From contig JAGIQG010000040.1 in NCBI GenBank assembly GCA_024679065.1, forward strand, positions 5,952,001-6,016,000: a DNA stretch of 64,000 bases, given 5' to 3'. The notes below the pieces were generated by a model. It was not told the DNA's origin, did not search any database, and was given only the letters and a program-made list of their open reading frames with translations. This document shows, in pieces, positions 51,476 to 62,640 of the stretch. The stretch is from Sphyrna mokarran. Lineage: Eukaryota. How positions within the stretch are numbered: position 1 is the stretch's first letter; each line of letters starts with the position of its first letter. The position numbers and the translations under genes were made by a program.

Positions 51476-53479
51476 GTAAGTTTCTCTATCCAGTTATTTA
51501 TTCTAACTGTCTCAGATTGCATTATTTGTCTGGTTATTTACATTTTGGAAAGATGAATTCATTCTCTTAAGCTCCAGTTACTCATTCCATCCCATATTCC
51601 ACGGTTCCACTCCCCTCTCTGGTCGCTATCAGAGGCTACCCGCAATCTACAATCTCCCTTTGACCCTGATTGGATTTCCAACCCCATATTCTCCCCATCC
51701 CAAACCCTGTCCTCAGCCACCTCAATAATATCACACATCCCCACTTCTGCCTCAGCCCAGCCCATCCATTGAATAATTCCTCATCTCCACGTGAATATAC
51801 TCATGATTGATTTCACTACTGCAACTAATCCCGTTCATCTGTCCATTCCCTAGATTCCTGCAAATCCTTCCCCTTTAGGATTTGTCCAATCCCCTGTTTG
51901 AAACTAATTTCGTTCTCCCACCTGTCTATGATAGTCACATCTACATTGTCAAAGTTGCAAGCTAAAAATGCTCAGAAGCAGTAGAATGAGGTGGGAAGCT
52001 TTTACATTTACTTCTCACTGCCTCCAGTGTGGTATTCACGTTGGAGAAGGTGTTTTCACAGCTGCGACACATGTCTTTATAACTTGACCCGTACCTGTCC
52101 ACGGGATGCCTGTGTTAGTCACTCTCAGCAGGACACGTGCTCAGCAGCACGAGGAACGTCCCCTCAAATGTTATTTTTAAATATAATTTCATTGAATTTT
52201 AGGATTTTTACGAATAATGCAACTTATCACAAACCTGGTCTTGTACAGCTGGATGATTTCCCCATATATAAACTTGGAAAAGAGCAGGAAGAAGACAATA
52301 CGGTTCATTCACCTCCACATATACAAAACATGCAAGAGCAGACAAGTAACAGCATGGGCAAAAGAGAATAAACTCAGCAGCCACCGTGTGTACCATCTAC
52401 AAGATGCATTACAGTAATTCTCCAAAGATCCTTTCACAGCACCTTCCAAACCCACTTACATCTCAAAGAACAAGGTCAGACTGACTTGAAACATTAACTC
52501 AGTTTCACTCTGCACAGATGCTGCAAAAGATCCTGTGCTTTTCCTAAATTTTTTGTTTCCATTCTAAAATTTCAGCATCTGCACTGCTATTTTTTAGTAT
52601 CGATCTGGCCAGTGATCGGGAGGCTGGCAGTGTGGGTATTTCACATGCGCCGATATCAGCACTGACAGATCGACGTATGTGCAGAGGCCCCCTCAGTGTT
52701 TGCTGGTGGCCTCTCCGATGGGAATAATGATTTCAGCGTCAAGCACTATTGGGCTGTCTATAGTGTGCAGACTGTGGGCGATTCATTTTGAAACTCCCAC
52801 TGAAAACCCCAGGAGGATTTGCTTCAGTTTTTCAATGAATTTGACGCTTAGATTTTTTTTGAGCAATAACGCCGTGATCTTTTCTGTTGTGCATTACTAA
52901 TAATTTAAATGCATATTAATTTTGTTTTCTTATGTGTGTGTCTGTGGGTTTCAGGAGTAAGTGATGGCTGCATTTTCCACGTTTTGTAACAAATAAATGT
53001 TTATCTGACGAAAGCCTGTTTTTTGACAATTTTGAGAAATCACTCCCCTGACGGGTTTAAACACATCTCACAATTGCAACTTGTAGCAGTGAAGGAACCA
53101 AAGAACATTGAATAAAGCAAATGACAGCACAGGAACAGGCCCTTTGGCCCTCCCAACCTGCACTGACCATGTTGCCCGACTAATGAAAACTCCCACCCTT
53201 CCAGTGACCATATCCCTCCATTCTCATCCTATTCATGTATTTTTCAACATGAATAATGTTGCTCATTAAAAGCCACTTAAAAACCACTATCATATCTGCT
53301 TCATCGACCTACCCTGCAGCAAGTTCCAAGTACCCATCACCCTCTGTGTAAAGAACGTACTTCACACATTTCTTTTAAATCTTGTCCCTCATACATTAAA
53401 TCTATGCCCCCAAGTAATTGACTCTTCCATGCTGGGAAAAAAACCTCCGACTATCCACTTTGTCTATGCCCCTTATAAT

Positions 53480-55150
53480 CTTTAATCTCCTCGGAAGCTA
53501 GTAAGGATACGAAGATTTCTTTCAAGGCCCCATCAATTTTCTCTATTGCTTGTCTCAATATTCAGGGTAAATCCCATTACGCCCTGGGGACTTGTCTACC
53601 TTAGTGCTTCTCAAGAACCCCAATACTTACTCCCTTTTTAATCTCAGAATGATTCAAACTATCTACATATCCTTTCTCAGACTCATCATGCACTAAGTGC
53701 TTCTCTTTGGTGGATGCTGATGCAAAGTAACACTTCGCCTTTCCTCTGGCTCCGCGCATAGATTCTCTCCCCTGTCCTTTCCATTGCTACCTTCTTACTC
53801 TTTCCTTGGAATTTTCCTTAATCCTGCTGATCAATGATTTTCCGTGATTCCTTTTCGCCCTCCTTACTCCTCGCCAACGTTTCTTTCCACTTTTCTTGTA
53901 TTCCAAACTTGTTTTGTGTTTTCCCAGCCTTTTAGCCTTGACAAATTTTTACTTTTTTCTCTTTGACTAGGCTCACAATATCTCTCGTTGTCCAAATTGA
54001 CCAAAACTTGCCATTCTTATCCTTCATCCTTATAGGAATGTGCCAGTTTTGAATCACTATCAACTTACATTTGAAAGCTTCCAACATGCTAAGTGCTGAT
54101 TTTTCCTCAGATATCTGCCCCAGTCTACATTCTTCAGTTCCTGCCTAATATAGTTGTAATTAGCCTTCTCCCAATTTATCACTTTAACTCGAGAACCACA
54201 CATATCCTGATCCATCAGTACTGAAATCTTACTAAATTGTAGTCACTGTTCCCAAACTGCGCCCCTACTGAAACGTTGACTAGCTGGCCGTGTTCATTCT
54301 CTGATGCAAGGTTCAGTGCAGCTCGTTCCTTAGTTGGACTATCTAAATACTGTTTCAAGAAGCCCACCCGGATGCTCCTTATAACTTTGCCCCATCCATA
54401 CCATTAGCACTGAGACCCAGTCAATATAGGATGTGTTAAAATCTCCCACCACAACCAGCATGTTACTTTTATACCTTGGCAAATTTTGCCTAAATATTTG
54501 TTCTTCTGTCTCCCATTGGCTGTTGGGCACCCTATAGTAAACACCAACATTGTGACTACACCCTTCCAATTCCTGAACTCTACCCATATTACCTCACTGC
54601 ATGGGCCTTCTAGCTGCCCTCCCACCGTACACTTGTGAGTTTCTTCTTAATGCTTAACTGCTTCACCCCTTTGACTTCTCCGTCTAACAAACCTGAAACA
54701 TCAATATGCTCAAAGTTAAGCTGCCAATCCTGTCCTTCCTTTAATCAAGAGCCTGAAATAGCAACAACTCATAGGTTCAAGTACTAATCCAAGCCCTAAG
54801 TACATCTGCTTTACCTGTTACACCTCTTGCATTGAAACAAATTCACTTAGTCCACCAGACGCTCTTTCATGAGCAATCACATCCTACTTGCTCTTTCTCT
54901 GAGGTTTACTGGCCCTACTCTCTGGTTCCTTACAGTTAATTCACATTTTTTTGGTTCCCACTCCCCTGCCAAACGAATTGAAATCCTCAGGATGTGGACA
55001 TGAGCAAACCTCCAGGCCAGATTGGTATATTTATCGCCCCAGTCCAGTTTAGATGGCACTCCCAGCCTTCTTGTAGTGTCCCACCGGTTCGGAAGTCCGA
55101 TCCCAATCGTCCAGATATTCTGAAACTCTTCATACTTACACACAGCTGGT
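53480..55150 (-). mobile_element. Old CR1 fragment (paralogous to 11990-13670)
   Basis: VGVYYRVPNS and VVVGDFNTSYIDW endonuclease remnants. Confidence 0.75.
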
Positions 55151-55621
55151 TCAGCAACTATTTTTTTTTTTTTTTGGGGGGGGGAAGGGACTGTGGATGG
55201 TGTGTATATGGACTACAGTACGGTGATTTGAAAGATTCCCACATGACAGAATGATACCAAAAAACTAAAATCAGATGGGATCGGGTGGGCTGGCTGGATG
55301 GATGCAGAACTGGCTGATTATCGAAAGACAGTGAGTAGCGGTTGAAGGGTGTTTATTCAGAATGGGGATCTGTTTATAGCTAGTGGTTGTTTCACAGGGA
55401 TCAGTGCTGGGACCTCTTGTTTGTTTGTAGTACTATAAAATGATCTGGGGGAAAATGTGTAAGAAAACACAATCTCATAATGAGATTTCTGATAGACAAG
55501 GGTTATGGGGAGAAAGCAGGAAAGTGGATATGATCCACTTCAGATCAACCATGATCTTATTGTTGTTCCAGTGACAATAAATCTGAACAGGGTGATATTA
55601 TGAGTGAAAGTTTTGTTTGTC

Positions 55622-55642
55622 TGACTGTGAGGGGTAGTGCTT
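55622..55642 (+). promoter_or_regulatory. Possible snRNA proximal sequence element (PSE)
   Basis: TGACTGTGAGGGGTAGTGCTT at about -54 from the U1 start, resembling the TCACCGTGA-type PSE. Confidence 0.4.
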
Positions 55643-55675
55643 GATGTGATGTACAATATGAGAGGTTAGTTGAGC

Positions 55676-55840
55676 ACACTTACCTGGCAGGGGAGAGTCA
55701 ATGATCAGACAGGTTAATCTCCCAGGATGAGACTATCCCATTGCACTCTGGGTGTGCTGAAGCCTGCGATGTCCCCAGATGTGGGATACTCGACTGCAGA
55801 ATTTGTGGTAGTGGGGGGACTGCGTTCGCGCTTTCCCCTG
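55676..55840 (+). ncRNA. RNU1: U1 snRNA, full-length variant (gene or pseudogene)
   Basis: ACACTTACCTGGCAGGGGAGA...CCATTGCACTC...AATTTGTGGTAGTGGGGGGACTGCGTTCGCGCTTTCCCCTG, 165 nt. A 3'-box-like ATTGAAAATCAGA follows, and there is no poly(A) tail. Confidence 0.9.
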
Positions 55841-56834
55841 ACTTATAATTGAAAATCAGATCTCACAACGGACTTCTCTTCTCATACGTTTATGTGCTTT
55901 CGGTTTCTCTCTTGGATATGCACCCACACACATAATCTCTCTCCGTCTCTGACACTTGCCCATCCAGACAAAATCACTTTCCTCTCTCTCAGCCCCTTTT
56001 CTGTGTCTCTCACACACATCCATTCCCCTGCTATCTTACACACAAACCATAACTTTTTTTCACACGCGCGTACTGAGTCCACTCTCTGTCAACCAGACAC
56101 AAACAATCGTAGGCTCTTCATTCTATCTCATAGACAGACACACCATAGCTCTAGTTCTTTCTTGCACACACAATATTGATTCCACTCTCTGTTTCACAAA
56201 CACATAAGCAATCATTGGGGTCCATTCACCCTCACACACACACAAAAGCATGGGTTCCCCTCCCCATGTTTAACTCGCTACACAGACATCCCTTGACCTG
56301 GCTCATGGCATGGACATCTAAGTCCCAATTCATTGCACAGAAAGCCAAACACTCAGGGCTGAGTTTGTGTCAGGATGGAGGTCACTGCGCATTCCCCGCC
56401 CCTCTTTCTATGTCAGGCCCATGAAGTTGCAATCTAAATCTTTCCACCTGAAGTGAACCAACTGTTTTGCTAAGGGGACGTCCCAATCCAAACCACTGAC
56501 TCAAAGAACAATACAGCACAGGAACAGGCCTTTGGATCCTCCAAGCCTGAACCGATGATGTGTTCCTAACTAGACCATCCGTTTGTATCCTTCTATTCCC
56601 ACATGTACTTTGTGTCAGCTGAGGTCACTGTGTCCTCCACCCCCGCTTTCCAGCCCAGTCGACGAGTTTGGAGATTATGCTCCAAATGAGTAATGGCAGC
56701 CACAGATCCCACAATCCCCCCCACCCCCCAAAAGCGAAACCGTTCTACCCGCTGTGTGGGAGGCCGGCTCGATACTGCGCATGTCAAAGATGGTGCGCAT
56801 ACTGTGCATGTGCGGAGGAAGAAGGCTATAATAG

Positions 56835-56942
56835 CCGGAAGCTTGCGAGTTTACTATCAAATAAATCAGTTGGATTTAAAACTGGTGTTGTCAGGCCTCT
56901 TACTGTGTTTACCCCAGTCCAACGCCGGCATCTCTACATCAA
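56835..56942 (+). mobile_element. Penelope terminal (pLTR) remnant
   Basis: aaataaatcagttggatttaaaactggtgttgtcagg...ccccagtccaacgccggcatctctacatca, the same terminus as 7675-7780 and 40640-40738. Confidence 0.75.
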
Positions 56943-58674
56943 AAAACAATTTGCCAGTGTTACTGGGGAAGTCACAGGCATCTCATCCTGATTATTTCAC
57001 AAACTTATTGTTGTTATTATGCCGAATAAAAACACACTTCAATTCAGAGAAAATGAAGAATGAATCAAAATCAATGTTATCTTCATTTTATGCCATCATA
57101 GTCAATTCTGTTTGTTTAATATGCACTTCATAAAGGAAGAGAAGCTTAAAAAGATTGTGATTTTTCTTTAACATTACTCAGATTTACTTAATATTTAAAT
57201 AGTTGAATTTTCTGAACCAGGTCACCTAAAGACCCGTCACTGGATATTGCCCTATCCGTAAAAATGGGCTTTGCTCACTATCCCTAGAAGGGAAATTTCA
57301 CATTAACTTCATTGCAGTGTTAATGTAAGCCATCTTGCGATACTGATAAATAAACTTAAAACAAAACGGAGAACAGGTTGCTATGTCATTAAACAAATGC
57401 AGAATCCGAGGATTATTAAGAAGGAAGCAGATTTGAGAACACAAGGGAACATGTGTAAGCCTGCACACATCATTGTTTAGAACACAGTTCAAAGACATGG
57501 ATCCGTTTAGCGACTCTTCGTTGCTTTAGCGTTAATGTCAGACACAGTGTGTAGGGAAGACTGGAAAGATGAAATGGGGGTTAGAGAGCACAACGCTGGA
57601 AGCAAAATAGAACAACTCAGGACATTTTCAGAGGAGCAGCAATTGTGTTCGGAAGTAGTTGTCAGACTAATACACATTCAAGGCGGGTTTGGAAAAGGTT
57701 GGACAGAAACAAAGACAATGGGCTGGTGTGTCAGTGCCTGATTGGATGGCAGCATTTCCGGTGATTCCGGAGAGAGTGACCTTTGTGTTTTGAGCAGTCG
57801 TTTGTTAGAAGACGTGATGCTGCATGTCAAACTGTAATGGGGACAGAATCTATAAGTAATTTTCAGAGACAGGTGGATAAATATTTGACCAGCAATTGGA
57901 AATTTTAAGAACGTATGATTGAATGCACGCTCTAGACAAAGAATAAGTGGACAAGGCATTAACAGAGAAAGTACGTGAGAAATGGCCGAATCGCCCCTGT
58001 TAGTGCTACAACAGTCTATGATTCAGCCGCTATGAAACAATACACTCTGCTGCTACACACAGGAAGCAGAGAGGATCGGAAGCAGTGACAGTTCAAGTGG
58101 ACGTTGGTTTGAGAAACAGCCAATCGCTCAGTGGCACCGTGAGCAACGCCAGAGATCGAGAACCCATATTAAATATTGTAAATTAAATATAGCTCGTAGT
58201 TTCGCCGACATTTCAGGAATAGATGAGCAACTTTTCATATTGGTTATGAAGAATTGTTTCCTTCTCTTTTTGTTGAACTCCAGGTTTCTCTTTCTGGTGT
58301 CGATTCTACATACATTGGGCAGCTTAGAGCACACGTGCTTTGTTCTCAATTTGAAAATCAATTGTTATGTTCTCTTTTTTGCATTTTAAAAGAAACTTTT
58401 CTGTAAAATGTTCCCTGATTGTTTTTTTAAAAATAAATCTTGAATGCATAATGAATAAATCATCACTTTCCCAAACTAATTTCCCAACAGGAAAAATGCA
58501 TATCCATCCTTGGGTCCAATCTGCGCAAAAAGAATCCCCCTGAGTAAGATATCTTTCTCTTCCTCACCACAGGAGTCATCCTGTCCAAGTATAAGGATCT
58601 CCCACACCACAACACAGTCCTGTGCAATCTCTCAGGGGGAAGTGCAACATTGAGAAACACAATTAGAAAAAATA

Positions 58675-58688
58675 CCGCCAGAGGGCGT
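58675..58688 (+). promoter_or_regulatory. Candidate CTCF site ~1.3 kb upstream of the V exon
   Basis: CCGCCAGAGGGCGT matches the CTCF core. Confidence 0.5.
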
Positions 58689-60034
58689 TTCAGCTCTACT
58701 CGAGTTTCAGCATTGGGATATTGATTCGCTCTCAGTGAATATATTCCAGATAGTTACCTTCATACCCAACAAAAATAGACATTAATGATTGCAACCCAGT
58801 TCAATGCAACCAAATATAGCTACTTGAATCGGCATCTACGGAACTATGGCCCAAAGTTCCTCAGCAACAGCACTGGTAGGCAACTGAATCTCGATGTTGA
58901 CATTCTCAATGAAACATTTCCCTTTAAGACATTTTCAACATTGAGAGCAGAACGGGAAAATACACTAGGGCGTTTTATCTATAATGAGGTGTGATGCGAC
59001 AATGACCATCCTCCGATATCGGCTGTAGGTTCCTTTTACATGTTTTTAAATTTTTTTTGCCTGAATATCATAAGACTATAAAATCTCTGCAGTGCAGAAG
59101 GAGGCCATTTGGCCCACTGAAGCTGCACCGATTCCCCGACAACAATCCCACACAGGCCATATCCCCGGAGCCCACAGTGTTAATGTGAGCCTTCTTGTGA
59201 CACGGATAAATAAACTTTCTAAAAAACTGAAGAAGCCGCTGAATTACATTCAACAATGCCGAATCCCCAGGATTATTAACAAGGAAGCAATTTCAGAAAA
59301 CAAGATGACACTTGTAAGGCCCTGCACACATCATGTTGAGGACCACAAGTTCAAACACTGGATCTTGTCGGTAAGAAATTTAAGATTTTTAAATGAAGAT
59401 TAATTTCAGAGAATTATATTTGAAAATAAATAGTCCATTTATCACGTATCGAAACTTGGTTAGACCGCATGAGGAGTGTTAGGAAATAATGTAAAGGCTC
59501 AGGAGAAAACGAGAAAGAATCTTTAAGAAGGTGATAAGGCAATTGGCGTGAGCTAGTATCAGAAATAATTGTGCTGGCTGAGGTTATTTTATCTCGCAAA
59601 GCGAGGCTGGAGGGACAGCCTGCCAGATGTGATTGAAAGGGGGTTATTGTGATTGAAGGTAATTCAAATGTGATTGAAAGGTGGTCAATAGGTTAGTGTT
59701 GCAGAGTTCTTTTCACTTCCTGATCACTGATTATGAGAAATACAATGATTCAAAAAGATGCAAAAGGACTTTGTGGACAAATTGTCTTCATATTCTGTAA
59801 CAACTACAAGGGAAGCTAAATAAAGAGATGTTGGAGAAAGAAATGGATAAAAATTCTGAGAGATTGAGGTGAAGTAATGTGAATTACCTTCTCTGGGTTG
59901 TAAAACAGACAGGTCAATTTTATAGAAAGCTTTTTTTCTAAGTCTGCACTCCAACTTTTTGTATGTAATACTAACCACTAATAGTCACATTTCAGTTCAG
60001 TTAATCATTTCACTTTTTTAACTGTGTGTTCCAG

Positions 60035-60338
60035 GTCAGAGCGATGGAGACTCTATTACTCAGCGGGAATCCTCACTCACACCGGCAGAGGGAACATATG
60101 TCACTTTAAGCTGTTCCTTTACCACCGACGCTGATTATTTATTCTGGTACCGTCAGTATCCAGGCAGACAACTCGAGTTTGCAGTCCGCAGGGGCACGGG
60201 CGGCAGCTATGAACTCAAGGCTGATTTCGCTCGGACCCGGTTTTCGGATAGAATCCATCAGTCAGAGAGGTTGTACCGACTAAGAATCTCGGAGCTGCGA
60301 TTGTCTGACACCGCGGTCTATTACTGTGCACAGAGACT
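60035..60338 (+). CDS. T-cell receptor alpha/delta V gene segment (V exon, open frame)
   Basis: After the acceptor tgttccag: (G)QSDGDSITQRESSLTPAEGTYVTLSCSFTTDADYLFWYRQYPGRQLEFAVRRGTGGSYELKADFARTRFSDRIHQSERLYRLRISELRLSDTAVYYCAQR. Both conserved Cys, WYRQ and DTAVYYC are present. Leader exon not cleanly identifiable. Confidence 0.92.
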
Positions 60339-60377
60339 CACAGTGATGGGAACGAGTGAAATTCTCGTACAAAAACT
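60339..60377 (+). promoter_or_regulatory. Recombination signal sequence, 23-bp spacer
   Basis: CACAGTG + atgggaacgagtgaaattctcgt (23 nt) + ACAAAAACT. Confidence 0.95.
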
Positions 60378-60807
60378 GCCGCAGGTTTCTGGGTCACAGC
60401 TGCTGCCTACTGAGGACTGTTTACAACAGCCCAGTCACACACTGACACTGGAATAGGTTCCTATGTACAAAGACCCAGAGAACAATGAGCAGAAATACCA
60501 TCAAAAACAGCACAAAACGAACATTCCTTCTGCCTGATTATTGCATTCACGTCGTGGCTGCAAAATTAGCTGCCCACCAGTTACAACACAAACTCTGGTT
60601 AGTTTCCTGAAATTAGCTCTGTCGATGCAGTGAAATAGGGTAAACGGAAAGTAACACTATTTAAAATATCAGTCTGCAATGGAAACAGGATTACGCCAGA
60701 TGAAAATGTTGATATTTAAATGAAACGTGTAAATTGTCCCTCACTGTTACAGAGGTGTGGAAATATTATCCAAAGACACCGCTAAAAAGCAGTAGGTGCT
60801 GAGCCTT

Positions 60808-61292
60808 GCTGCCACCTTGTGGGAGAATTCAGAATTTATACCTGGAATGTTCCGTTCCATTCAGAACAGAATTGCTCAGAAATTATTTTTACAAGCAATT
60901 CAAAAGATTACACAAAATTATCTTGTTAGTAAATATTGCGTTGCTCGGTGTAAATACTGTACTGAACTTTACTCTATACTCTATTTTCCTATTGTAACTT
61001 GTATTTCATGTATTCATTTTTGAGACAATCTCCTTGTTTCGATTAACCTGCCTTGGTTAACAACTGCCCAGACCCTATTTCTTCTCACAAGACACAAACT
61101 AGTGTCTGAGCTAATACCACACTGATGCCTCATATCTGTTCATATTCCGGTGCCTGTTTATACGATATTGGCATTGTTTCCTTCCTTCAACTTTATTTGG
61201 CGTGTAATCCATTAGAGACGCTGTCGGTTGTTACTGTCTTAGACTATGCCCATGTTTATACTGCAAATTTTATAAAATTGTCCAAATTCTCT
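60808..61292 (+). repeat. Non-coding block homologous to 6787-7302 (inverted), starting with a CTCF-like motif
   Basis: See 6787-7302; GCTGCCACCTTGTGGGAG at the start. Confidence 0.85.
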
Positions 61293-61339
61293 CATGCATT
61301 TTGAATTAGATTTGAATTCAGAATACTACTTGAATGGCT

Positions 61340-62055
61340 GTAAATTGGGAGAGGGAAGTGTGCAGCGGGACCTGGGTGTCCTTGTGCACCAGTCACTGAA
61401 GGTAAGTGTACAGGTAAGTAGGCAGTAAAGAAGGCCTTCATTGCGAGAGGTTTAGAATACAGGAGCAGGGATGTGTTGTTGCAACTATGCAGGGCTTTGA
61501 TGAGTTCACGGTTAGAATATTGTCTGCAGTTTTGTTCTCCCTCTCTGAGGAAGGAAGTTCTTGCATTCGAGGGAGTGCAACACAAGTTTACCAGGCTGAT
61601 TCCGGGGATGGCGGGACTGATGTAAGAGGAGAGATTCACGAAGTTAAGATAGTTTTCGCTGAAGTTCAGATGAATAGTAGAGAAGGGAAGTGGGCGTTCT
61701 CAAAGCGACTCAAATTCTAACAGGTCTAAACAGGGTAGATGCGGGGAAGATTTTCCCGATGCTGTGGAAGTCCAAAACCAATGTCACAGTCCGAGGATTC
61801 AGGGCAAATCATTTAGGACAGAGGTGAGGACAGATTTCTTCACCCAAGGAGTGGTGAGCCTGTGGAATTCATTGTTGATGCCAAAACATTGAATGCATAC
61901 AAGAGACGGCTGGATATAGCACTTGTGGCGCTTGGGATCAAAGGTTATATGGAAAAAGCAGGACTGGGCAATTGAGTTGGATGGTCAGATATGATCAGCT
62001 CAAAGGGCCAAATGGCTTTCTCCTCCTCCTAACTTCAATGTTTCTAAATTTCTAT
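61340..62055 (+). mobile_element. CR1 LINE 3' fragment, degraded
   Basis: QRDLGVLVHQSLKV, RGLEYRSRDVLLQL and FRTEVR..FFTQGVVSLWN remnants plus tail. Confidence 0.8.
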
Positions 62056-62136
62056 GAAATATGCCCGAAATATATTTGATATCAATGGATGAAATCTCCC
62101 TCAAATTTATTATTCTCGGCTTATATCTTATTGACA

Positions 62137-62219
62137 TTTGAGCTGATCATATCTGATCATCCAACTCAATTGCCCAGTCCTGCTTTTTCCATATAACCTT
62201 TGATTCCAAGCGCCACAAG
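62137..62219 (-). repeat. 83-nt inverted duplicate of 61922-62004
   Basis: Near-perfect reverse complement, separated by 132 nt. Confidence 0.85.
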
Positions 62220-62399
62220 CTACTTCTATCGACCTGTTTATCTCTCACTCCTTCTTGGTGCAGACACAATGGGTAGAAGGGCTTCTTCTGCTCTGTGTGA
62301 TTCTCAGATTTTCAGTTCACAACCCTATTGAAGAAGTTCCTCCTCAACTTAGTCCTAAATCTGCACCTCCTTATTTTTGAGGCTGTGTCTTGTAGTCGG

Positions 62400-62640
62400 A
62401 TGGGGTAGGACAGTGGATGTTGCTTACATGGATTTCAGTGAGGCCTTTGAAAAGGTCCCTCATGGCAGACTGGTGCAGGAGATGAAGTCGCATGGGATCA
62501 GAGGTGAGCTGGCAAGGTGGGTACAGAACTGGCTCCGTCATAGAAGGCAGAGAGTAGCAGTGGAAGGGTATGTTTCTGAATGGAAGGGCTATGACAAGTG
62601 GCGTTCCTCAGGGATCAGTGCTGGGACCTTTGCTGTTTGC
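62400..62640 (+). mobile_element. CR1 RT fragment
   Basis: VDVAYMDFSEAFEKVPHGRLV...WVQNWLRHRRQRV. Confidence 0.8.

Larger units (their letters stand above)
50046..55158 (+). repeat. Segmental duplication copy A' (direct repeat of 8762-13667)
   Basis: Colinear homology that ends abruptly at a poly-T/poly-G junction at ~55160. Confidence 0.9.

Noticed and set aside
56605-56690. Possible 12-RSS + J segment (GTACTTTGT-12-CACTGTG)
   Set aside because: The nonamer matches only 6/9, and no FGxGT motif or suitable splice donor follows.
57000-59700. NAR-TCR or Ig V/D/J cassette upstream of the apparently leaderless V
   Set aside because: No V-like translation, D segment with paired RSSs or J motif was found by eye on either strand.
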